Positions 55,022 to 64,000 of a stretch of DNA of 64,000 nt are shown piece by piece; the first letter of the stretch is position 1, and each line of letters starts with the position of its first letter. This DNA comes from Naegleria gruberi. Its lineage: Eukaryota. The stretch lies in NCBI GenBank assembly GCA_000004985.1, contig GG738859.1; one strand, given 5' to 3'. The notes under the pieces were generated by a model. It had not been told where the DNA came from, ran no database searches, and saw only the letters and a program-made list of their open reading frames with translations. The translations under genes were made by a program, and so were the position numbers.

Positions 55022-56929
55022 TTAATTGTTATTATTATTCTTATTCATCATGGCAATATATTGTTCTAATAAATCAGACCATTGCTCCTGACTCAATTCT
55101 TGCAATGGAACAGAAGTTGATGCTGATGCCATAGTTGCTGTTGTTGCTACAGCAGAACTATTATCAAATACAAAATTGCTCAAATCCTCCTCAACAATGA
55201 AATCCTCCAATGGAAGAAATGATGATGAAGGTAAAACTTCGGCATTCATAAAGCTAGCATTGTTATTTGCTGCTGCTTCGTTATTAGTAGTAATAGATTG
55301 TTGTTGTTGTAGATGTTGTGGAAATAGACTTTCAACAACAGGTGATAAACTGGCAAGTAAATTATCAACTGGATTAATATTGGTATCTTGATGGGAACAA
55401 TTCATCATTGAATTATTAGTGTTAGAGAATGAGCTGATGGGAGTATATTCATTGTTGTTTAAACAGGATAATTCAAGATACTTATTTCCAACAAATTGTT
55501 GATTATTATTAACATTGGAAAGGAGAATATTCAAAACATTGGAATTATTCTCAATTGGAGGAGATGATCGTGTTGTTGATGCTGTTTGTGTGGTTACTGA
55601 AGGAATAATTGCCTGTTGAGTAAGTAATTGATGAGTAATGGTCATTGGTTGTTGATCCAATTGACCATTTGAATTATTAGAGGAATTAGAAGTATTTGGA
55701 GAATGAGTCATTCTAATATTTGATTGAATAAATTGTTGTGGTACATGTTGAGTTAATTGCATTTGTGGAATAGTTAACATTGGAGAAGATTGATTGGAAG
55801 CAGATGAAGAATCCAAAGATTGCATTGATTGACTTGGAATATGTTGTTGAAAAACTTGAATTGGTTGTTGTGCAAAAACACCAAATTGTTGTTTCATTTG
55901 CTTATTTCCCATTCCATTATTCGAAACCTTCTTATTCTTCTTTTGATTATTCAATTTAGGTGAATTTCCACTTCCACTCTGAATCTCTCCACTAATAATC
56001 TCATTCACTGAAATATTATGAAATGAAATTTGTGCCTTTTCCTTCTTCTTTTCAAATACGAAATAATTTTGCTTGAATTTTGGTTTTTCACACAAAACTG
56101 TTTCATTCTTCAATAGTGGACGACTGAATTTTCCTTCACTCTTAATGACAACATTCCCAGTAGAGAGAGAAGAATTGAATTGTTGTTGTGGAGTCAATGG
56201 AGTTGAAGAGGAGGATGAAGAAGCTAGTTCTGAACTTGTTGTTGGTGAAGAATGAAGACATGTTGATGAAACATGTTGAGTCAATTTGGCCATTTTGTGT
56301 GATTTTTGAATGCCTCTAGCATGTAGTGGTGGAGTGGATGATAACTTTTGAAGTGGTGGGCTAGGTGTTAATGAATCATTCAAATTAGTTTGATTGTTTG
56401 TTGTAACATGTTGTTGATGAAAATTGAAAATTTGATTGTCAGCACTTGACATGTTAAATTGGTGTTGATTATCAAAATGTGAAGGAGAAGAATTGTTTCC
56501 ACTCATGTTATGACTCTTTGAAGGTGTTATACATGTATTTACAAGATTAATCATTGGATTTGGATGATTCAATGAAGTGTTATGACTATTGTTGTTAATC
56601 ACAACTAGAATTGGAGAAACTGAAGTTGAGTTTTGTTGAGTATGAGGTGGTGGTGATAATTTGCTAGTTGCAGCCAACAGTATTTGATCTAGTGTTGTTG
56701 TTGATGTGGATTCATTTTGTTGACATGTGTTGGCAGATGATTGAGAGGTGGCACTTTGCATTAATAATTGGTACATGTCCCAAACACTCTTATCTACAGT
56801 GACTGGTTGGGATGTATTTGTTGTTGTTGGAGAATTTTGAAGTGAATGATTTTCAGATGTCGAATAGAAACCATTATTCGAAAGGTTGTTGTTCGAGAGA
56901 TTATTCTTACTCATCATTAAATTGAGCAT
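55022..56929 (-). CDS. N/S/Q-rich low-complexity protein (635 aa) with conserved FSRPLLKNETVLCE...NYFVF motif; paralog of 5523..7268
   Basis: Uninterrupted ORF. KFSRPLLKNETVLCEKPKFKQNYFVFEKKKEK at ~aa 270, followed by a basic patch (NNQKKNKKVSNNGMGNKQMKQQ). The C-terminal LQELSQEQWSDLLEQYIAMM resembles the C-terminal end of the paralog. Confidence 0.5.
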   Translation of the reverse strand: MLNLMMSKNNLSNNNLSNNGFYSTSENHSLQNSPTTTNTSQPVTVDKSVWDMYQLLMQSATSQSSANTCQQNESTSTTTLDQILLAATSKLSPPPHTQQNSTSVSPILVVINNNSHNTSLNHPNPMINLVNTCITPSKSHNMSGNNSSPSHFDNQHQFNMSSADNQIFNFHQQHVTTNNQTNLNDSLTPSPPLQKLSSTPPLHARGIQKSHKMAKLTQHVSSTCLHSSPTTSSELASSSSSSTPLTPQQQFNSSLSTGNVVIKSEGKFSRPLLKNETVLCEKPKFKQNYFVFEKKKEKAQISFHNISVNEIISGEIQSGSGNSPKLNNQKKNKKVSNNGMGNKQMKQQFGVFAQQPIQVFQQHIPSQSMQSLDSSSASNQSSPMLTIPQMQLTQHVPQQFIQSNIRMTHSPNTSNSSNNSNGQLDQQPMTITHQLLTQQAIIPSVTTQTASTTRSSPPIENNSNVLNILLSNVNNNQQFVGNKYLELSCLNNNEYTPISSFSNTNNSMMNCSHQDTNINPVDNLLASLSPVVESLFPQHLQQQQSITTNNEAAANNNASFMNAEVLPSSSFLPLEDFIVEEDLSNFVFDNSSAVATTATMASASTSVPLQELSQEQWSDLLEQYIAMMNKNNNNN

Positions 56930-58032
56930 TTCAGAGAGAATGGATATCTTTGTGATGTTTTGTGAAATAGTGTAATAAACAAGGAGAGAGATTATTAACT
57001 AATAGTCTTGTTTCTAATAGAGAGGCGGCTGATTTCGTTTGTTTTCGGATGTACAATGGTTGATGTAAAACTCAAATAGTCCTTCTCAGAATAATAAACG
57101 ATTCTCAAAGGTAGATGTTGGTTTGTTTTTTTCAAAATTGCTAAAACTTTGGAAGTCTAATCATCTTCCTTTAAAAGTTGTAGAAATAGCTTGAAATTAA
57201 ACCTCGCTCTTGAAAATTATGATGAAAAAATCATCATCGTCCACCTGTCGACTATTTAGGTTGAAGATAAAAAAGGATCAGTCAACGTCAGTAATCAAAT
57301 TTAGAAAAAAGCGCTGTCAAAAAAATTGGAACTAGCACCTTGGAGCGACATGAGAGCATTCAAACGAAAAGTTTTGGGCGAGTTACTAAATTATCATGCA
57401 TTCTCAACTTCTCAAAATAAAATGATTAACCAAAAGCAATGTGGACTCACTCAATTCGTATAACATTCGTTGAGATTATTCTTTTTAAAGATTAGTATCC
57501 AGGGGCAACGTGGGTTCTTATCGTTCAAATAACATTGAACGGTTTAATTGGTGATATTGGACGAGTTAGAATTGGGGCATTTAGTTTCGTCTTGTTTCGT
57601 TTTTCTAATTTGAGAAGAAATAATTGTGTGATCCTCCTATGTAGGAAGAGTTGACCGTTGGTGTATTTAAAAGAGGTGTAATGCTAAACTGTTGTCTATC
57701 CATTGACTGGAGATTCTATACGAAAGTAACCTAATAATTGTAATCTTCCTTCTGTTAGAGAATCAGCTCTAAACCTTTTTACAGCAAACACCTCAGCATT
57801 CAAAGCAGCTTTTCAATATTGTACAAGTTGTTGTCATCTTTCCAATTCATGAAAAATTAAATATTTTAAATTCTCATGAGGGTTATTCTAAATAGTAAAG
57901 ATTAATCTCCTTTCGTCCAATGTTTACATAAATTACAAAGACAACATTACAATGATAATTTGGTTTATTACACTGTGAATGTATTATGAGAGATTACATA
58001 GTATTAGTTTTTTAGAATTTATTTTGGTCAAC

Positions 58033-58998
58033 TCACGGTTTTGAAGTTGGAGGTGAATTTTGTAATCTGAAACTTCTTGAAAGTTTTGAAAATGACAATC
58101 TTGGCAAATGTTTCTCTTGTGGTTGTTCAGGTGTGACTGGAATTGTAGACGATTCTCCAACACTAGACGAAACATGAATTGGTGGCACTGCCGAAGGTCC
58201 ATTCTTCAAAGCAGTTGAAGCTTGCTTTCCAATCGAAACATTCACCAATAGCGCTTCAATAATCAATAAGGGTTTAGTTCGAGATCTCTCTAAGAATCCA
58301 TTCTCAACGAATTGAGATTCTAATTGAATTTCTAATTGTAAATAATGAGGTTTCTTCTTCTGATCATACATTGCTTGCTTATATTCATATGATTTCCATA
58401 AATCTCCCCAATTGACTTGAACATATTTGGATGCTGTCAAGTCAATGTCATGAGATTGTGACATTTCTTGTATTTCTTCAATTTCTTCATCTGAAAAATT
58501 GACAAATTCTGCTTGTTTCATTGTAGGAGTGGGAGTTGGTGGAATATTTACCAAATTATGAAAATCTTGCACAATTGACTGAGAATCTGAAAGATACAAC
58601 CACCAAGGAGGACCATTTCCACTCTCATCTTCACATTCAACTGGACAACCATCGAAAATACACGAAAGTGGAAGAAAGCACTTTCCAATCTTTTCATTTC
58701 TACCAATTCTATCATGATCATAAATTGTAAACTCAATCGTGTTGGTTTTCTTTGTTTCTCTATTTGGAACGAAGAGTGTTGAAGTGCTAATAATTGAGGG
58801 ATATAAATTTTGTAGAGTTAAACCTTTCAGATTGAACTGCATGGTTTCGTCCCAGATTGGATTTAAAGTTTCTTTCAAAACTGCAGTTTTTCTTGAATGA
58901 CCATTTATATCAATTTCAATAAAGGGATCGGATTTTTTGAATAGATCAGAGGGAGGCAGATGATGTGCTCTAATGACACGAATGAAAAGTTTTGCCAT
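58033..58998 (-). CDS. C2-domain protein, 321 aa
   Basis: N-terminus MAKLFIRVIRAHHLPPSDLFKKSDPFIEIDINGHSRKTAVLKETLNPIWDETMQFNL fits the Ca/phospholipid-binding C2 consensus (basic/Asp-rich loops, NPxW). The remainder is Pro/Ser-rich. Confidence 0.6.
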   Translation of the reverse strand: MAKLFIRVIRAHHLPPSDLFKKSDPFIEIDINGHSRKTAVLKETLNPIWDETMQFNLKGLTLQNLYPSIISTSTLFVPNRETKKTNTIEFTIYDHDRIGRNEKIGKCFLPLSCIFDGCPVECEDESGNGPPWWLYLSDSQSIVQDFHNLVNIPPTPTPTMKQAEFVNFSDEEIEEIQEMSQSHDIDLTASKYVQVNWGDLWKSYEYKQAMYDQKKKPHYLQLEIQLESQFVENGFLERSRTKPLLIIEALLVNVSIGKQASTALKNGPSAVPPIHVSSSVGESSTIPVTPEQPQEKHLPRLSFSKLSRSFRLQNSPPTSKP

Positions 58999-59143
58999 TT
59001 TTTTTTATTAAAGTAAATTACAATTTTTGGAAATCAAAAGAAATTTGATTGGATTAATTTGGATAAATTCCAAATTTGGAATGTTGATAGATTACAAATT
59101 GAATTGATTGGATGGGGAGTATTTTGGATCATAAATATTTGAG

Positions 59144-60534
59144 TTAGACAGTATTCTCTTGAATATTACTTGGGGCAGTATGCAATTCTTGAGATTCGTC
59201 CACTTTAGCTCCAATTTTGTTGGTTTGTTTTCGTTTAGTTGACGAGGTTCCATTAGAAGATATGCTATTTCTTCTAAATACTCGTTGAACCTCCTTCAAT
59301 GGTCTATGAATTCCAATAAACAAACTAACAATCACAACAATAGTCACGTCATAAGTCACAAAATAAACCAACATTAAATTCTTATCAATCATTGACAGTG
59401 GAATGAAAAAGAATCCAATAAACTGAATGACCAAACACACTGTTGCAACAATCAATATAGCCCATGCTTTTTTCAATACTTGTTTCTTAATATTTACGGA
59501 ATTTTCTTGTTCCTTACTTTCAATGTAAGGCGTTTCAATTTTTTCTGATTTTTCTTGTTGTGTTTGTTGAGTGATTTCTGAATTATTATTTTGATTGATT
59601 GAAGGATTGGTGAGCTGAGCATTATTTTGAAGAGCTTTGGCTCTTGCATGACCTTGATGGAGAGATTTCAAGAGTATACTTCCAGTCATCTGGAAATGTC
59701 ACATTGACATGTATGAAATTAAAGTATTACTTACATGGAGAAGACATAAAATACAGATGGACAATACAAAGAATGTCAAGGCACTAATCAAGAAAACAGC
59801 CAATATCAAATTATTCATCACTGGAGTATTTCCATATCCAGCAATTAATCCTCCTGCCACAAACAAGATTACAGTCAAGACACAAATTATAATAAACAAG
59901 ACAATTAAAAATCCAATAATCAAATATCTCATAATCTTGTACTTTCTAGTCGAAACTGCTCCAACTGCCTTTGTCGTATTCAAACTATCATTATTGTAAA
60001 CTCTTAAAAATCCTTAATTTCAAAAAAAACTTACAAAATCAATGAAACATGACCCAACAATAGAAATTCCCAATAACAATTCCATGAAATTACAGTTCTA
60101 TCCAAAGCTTTCATTACAGCATAGATTTCATCTGCCTTAACAAGAGTTGGATCTAAATAACTCAATTCGGCACACATTCTTGTGAGCATATTCAAAGTGG
60201 AGAAACTGCAAAATGCCATTAGAATGTAAAAGATTATTCTCTGGTTTCGTTTTAATTCGCTTTTCATTGTAATAATTTTGTAAATGCATAAAAATAATAA
60301 AAATGGAAAGATGAACATGAAGGGAATGTTAATGCCGAATGTGGTGTATTGATAATAAGTCATGTGGTGAGTGACTGTTGTTGATGAATTGTTGGTGGAA
60401 TTGAAGGTATCTGAAAGGTTGTCAAGGGTTGTACTTTCGAATAAGAAACTATCCAAAAAATGATGATTCCCAAATAGAAAATTTAAAGACAATTGTTGAA
60501 AATTGTCGTTTAGAGATGTGGAGCTATCTGCCAT
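59144..60534 (-). CDS. multi-pass transmembrane protein, 3 exons (~60534-60035, ~60002-59735, ~59689-59144)
   Basis: Three ORF-track pieces join in frame through two short introns (GTAAGTTTTTTTT...TTAAG and GTAAGTAATAC...TTTCCAG). At least six hydrophobic helices (e.g. IPFMFIFPFLLFLCIY, YLIIGFLIVLFIIICVLTVILFVAGGLIAGY, WAILIVATVCLVIQFIGFFFI). No family recognised. Confidence 0.45.
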
Positions 60535-61305
60535 GATGATGGTTCAGTATGTTGAAGGGTAAAATATTTGACAGAAGGTGTGGGAAACCTTTCGTTCTTT
60601 TTTTTATGGTTGAACGTTGTTTATTAAGAGAGGTTTGGACACATGATTTATTATTCATCTTTATCTTCTGTTTCCATTCGAAACTGATTTCGGTAGATAT
60701 TACGAAGCTAATTTTAAAGTATGTTCTAAATTGTTGTCAAGATTCCAAACCAGAAGGAAAAAGTAAAAGAAATGAAGTTATAAGAATCAATTTAGTTTCG
60801 CTCCTTCTTTCGCATTATCAAACGAAGAGCTTCTAGAATATCTTAATGGGAAAGGTTCTGTTTGGGAATATTTTATCCGTAAGGTTGCAAAATTATGCAG
60901 CAAAAACAATAAAACTTTTGCTGACGGACGGGATCGAATTGTTGCACATAAGGTGGCGATTTTCCAACAACTATTACGGTTTTACGTCTTTTTGAATTAA
61001 GGCACAATGCTTAGACATCTACTTACTGATCAAACAACAATAAGAAACAAAGAAGACAGGGCTGATGTTTCTTACAATGTAATTATGTCTATGAACTAAA
61101 TTTCCACTTTCATTATTTGCCATGTTATTAGTGTGTAAATGATGTTTGTTGGTAACTTTGTCATTGCTCTATTCATTAAATTTTGTAAGTGTTGCACATG
61201 CGCTTAGTCCTCTCTTGTTCAAATTACCGTCTAATGCGAAAGAAGCGGGGAATAAAATCCCATTTAATAAGATGATCATGTTTTTTAGATGGAATTTTAA
61301 AAAAA

Positions 61306-62984
61306 ATGAAAACTCTTAAGACAGTTACCTTGCTGGCTTCAAAACAACAAACTACAGCCAGAGCCTTCTCCACTACAACTTTAATAACATCCCAGAAATG
61401 TCCACATTTAAATTCCGAATCCTCCTCAGAAACATCAACATTAAACAAACAACCATTGAAAAGATTTGATGAAATGCCAGGCCCTAAGGGATTACCAGTC
61501 CTTGGAAATGCTCTTGAATTGGCCAAACATGCCAACAATCCAGTTCAATATTTTACTGAATTGGCTGCTAAATATGGTGATATGGTTAGAACTAGGGTTT
61601 TCAATGAAAAGATGGTTTTATTATCTGATCCTCAATTAGCTCGTGTCTTGTCTAGAGAAGAGGAGGGAAGAATCACTCTCAAAGCTGGAAGACATTACTC
61701 CCTCGACAGGGGATATCCACTCATTCCATTATTTGCTTATACACATGAGAATTGGAATGACATGCGTCAAGTTTTAAATGTTGCTATGAAGCCACAATTT
61801 GTTAATGAGATTATTCTTCCACAATTAACTGAATTGAATAGTGATTTATTACAAGATATCATCAAACATTTCAAATTTGATAAGGAAAGACAACAGTTCT
61901 ATATTGAAGATCCAAATAGAGATGTCACAAGCCCGTATGCATTTGGCAGTGTATTGAAATCAATTCTTGGTGGTCGCTTATCAAAAGAAAAATTGAGTCA
62001 ATTTGGTTTCACAGTGCGACAATTCATTGACGATGGAAATGTTGGTGCTGATCTCATTACAAAACTTCAATATCTTCCACAAATTTACAAATATTACAAA
62101 ACCAAAGATTACAAAGAATTTGAAAGAGTTTTGGATTTGACTCATACTAGAGTTGAACGAATGATGGAACTCTATAAGGAAAATGAAAGTGGAAAGGCAA
62201 GATTAGTGGAATATTTTGAAGAAAGAGCAAAGGAAAGTAATATGGATTCAAAATGTGTTGGAGCATGTACTGGAGCTCTGTTCAATGCTGGAACTGATGT
62301 TACTGCCAAAGTTTTGGCTATTTTGCTTTACAGAGTAGCTAACGAGAAGGATTATGCTGATAGGATGTATGAAGAGCTAGTGACTGTATTTGGAGAACCA
62401 ACTTTGGATGAAATTACAAGTGAGAATGGACTTGTTGTCACTTCAGAAGACTTGAAACAATTGAGATTGTGTAAGAATTTCATAGATGAAGTACTGAGGG
62501 TTGATCACATTATTCCAATCAGAAATACAAGATATCTCTCAAAAGATATTGAACTGGGAGGTTATCTTTTAGAAAAGGGAACATTAATCTCCTTTCTGGA
62601 TGAACTTAACACGCAATCAAAATATGTTCCAAGAGGTTGTGAATTTTTACCAGATCGCCATGAGAAGGGATCTGATTTGAGTGAACCAAAGGGTTATCTT
62701 GGACCATTTGGTCGTGGTGCTCGTAAATGTCCAGTAAGTTTCAAGTTTAACAATTAATTCATTAATCGAAAATATAGGGAGAAAGAGTTGCTGGAATTGA
62801 AGTTTATTTGACCTTGATTAATGTAGTGAGACATTTCAAATTAGCTCATTCAAATGGTGATCAATTTCCTCCATTGTCAGCTGACAAGTCAATGATGTTT
62901 ATGGATGCTTCAAAGTATAGATTATTCTTCACTCCAAGAGACCATTTAATTAATCATTTAAAACAATTAAACAAGTATCAATAA
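61306..62984 (+). CDS. cytochrome P450 monooxygenase (~544 aa) with presequence-like N-terminus; 2 exons (~61306-62733, ~62778-62984)
   Basis: I-helix FNAGTDVTAKVL (AGxDTT), ExxR (DEVLRVDH), PERF-like FLPDRHEKG. Heme-thiolate loop PFGRGARKCP | GERVAG is split by a GTAAGT...ATATAG intron just after the ligand Cys. N-terminus MKTLKTVTLLASKQQTTARAFSTTTL is basic/hydroxylated and lacks a hydrophobic ER anchor. Confidence 0.8.
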
Positions 62985-63687
62985 TTTATTTGCATTATTA
63001 AAATTAATGTTTATCCAAATTACATATTTAAAATTCAACAAATGGACCTTCATGGCCTTGACACGATTTTCAGAGTGGTTTCACATCGTCATCTCAGTGT
63101 CATCTAAATAGTAGTAATAATAGTAATTTTTGAGTAATTAGTGAGAATGTTTCATCATGAAATTTTGGATACAAGTTGGTGTTCCATCATCCGATCATTC
63201 ACCAACCAATGATCATTATTGTTTTCCATCAATATTATAAGCAAGTTGGAAAACATGTTCATTTATTATCAGATTTTGATCATCGTGTTGTAAATTTATC
63301 AAGTACCGATATTCAATGCTACCCAATTTTTGATCGTTTAGTACAATTTTCGCAATACCCACTAACAATTTAAATTTCTTTAAACTTTGTTGATGGTATT
63401 TGACATAATCTTATCTTAATGATTAAATAGTCATTCATGAATACAAATCAGTATATGCAAAATATTCAAATTAAAAAATATTGATACATGACACAGAGAT
63501 AATTGCGTGCGAATTTCGTATAATTTCGAATAAGGTTTGTTGTGACCCTGAAATAGTTTGAAATCTCTTGAAGGTTTTAGAATGGACAAAGAGACGAAAC
63601 AAACATGTGGTGCAATCACCATCTTGATATCTCCTGAAATTTGTAATATTGTTTCGTGTTTCAAGATATCAACAAAATCATAAAAAA

Positions 63688-64000
63688 ATGAAAGAAACGA
63701 AACAAGTCATTCCAATTGTCAAATCAAAAGATGAACGAGAGGTCGATGAGGAAAATCCAAAGGATGACACATCAAGTGATCTTTTTATTCAAGAAGATAA
63801 GAGAAAGATTGCATTCTTTGGTTCAATTAAAATGTGGCTAATTTTGATAATTTCCATAATTGTATTGTTGACAGTTTTTATTCTGTCAGCGATTTGGTTG
63901 AGCAGTTTTATGCCATCAGTGGTTTCGTATAGTTCAGAATTGAGAGATTTTGAGTTTAACAATATTATTTCATTTGTAGAACAGTTGATTAGAGAAGTGT
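63688..64000 (+). CDS. 5' part of a gene encoding a membrane protein (runs off window end)
   Basis: ATG-initiated frame MKETKQVIPIVKSKDEREVDEENPKDD...FFGSIKMWLILIISIIVLLTVFILSAIWLSSF (signal-anchor-like TM), open to the window edge. Confidence 0.3.
   Translation, partial: MKETKQVIPIVKSKDEREVDEENPKDDTSSDLFIQEDKRKIAFFGSIKMWLILIISIIVLLTVFILSAIWLSSFMPSVVSYSSELRDFEFNNIISFVEQLIREV

Noticed and set aside
1-64000. Hypothesis that the contig is from a CTG-clade or other budding yeast (AT-rich, TTG-preferred Leu)
   Set aside because: Genes carry multiple spliceosomal introns (catalase 3, p24 3, Zn2Cys6 2). CTG encodes the invariant Leu of the Galpha NK(K/D)DLF motif (gat ctg ttc in 22096..23211), so the standard code applies and intron density is far above yeasts.
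1-64000. Prokaryotic-style features (operons, CRISPR arrays, RBS, phage/defence islands)
   Set aside because: No direct-repeat/spacer arrays, no co-directional tightly packed polycistronic units, and genes are interrupted by GT-AG introns. Eukaryotic tRNA A/B boxes with Pol III T-run terminators are present. Bacterial frameworks do not apply.

Overview
The window is gene-dense eukaryotic nuclear DNA, AT-rich (roughly one-third GC by eye). Genes carry short spliceosomal introns (about 45-200 nt, GTAAGT/GTATGT donors, YAG acceptors) and use the standard genetic code: CTG encodes Leu at a conserved G-alpha position. Many proteins are rich in Gln/Asn/Ser low-complexity sequence. I call about 30 protein-coding genes and 3 tRNA genes (two identical tRNA-Phe-GAA, one tRNA-Ser-CGA). 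I see no transposon, CRISPR or prokaryotic-operon signal. Recognisable products: aldo-keto reductase, Zn2Cys6 transcription factor (DNA-binding domain split by an intron), GNAT acetyltransferase, an 840-aa protein made of three tandem purine-nucleoside-phosphorylase domains, catalase with a poly-Q N-terminal extension, three G-alpha genes within 8.6 kb (one Galpha-i-like, one divergent, one with degenerate GTPase motifs), folliculin-like protein, MDR-type oxidoreductase, F-box/LRR/2xMATH protein, NHL-repeat protein, TPR-GAF protein with a catalytically degenerate class-III cyclase domain, THUMPD1/Tan1-like protein, RGS-domain protein, microbial-type terpene synthase, p24/emp24 cargo receptor, C2-domain protein and a cytochrome P450. 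The gene repertoire (many G-alpha genes, RGS, terpene synthase, MATH, poly-Q/N proteins, Zn2Cys6) fits a social-amoeba-like amoebozoan or an early-diverging fungus; I cannot decide from sequence alone. Splice-junction coordinates were worked out by eye and are approximate (a few nt); ORF-track coordinates are used where possible. Many ORF-track 'M' starts are actually TTG/GTG codons, so true starts may differ.
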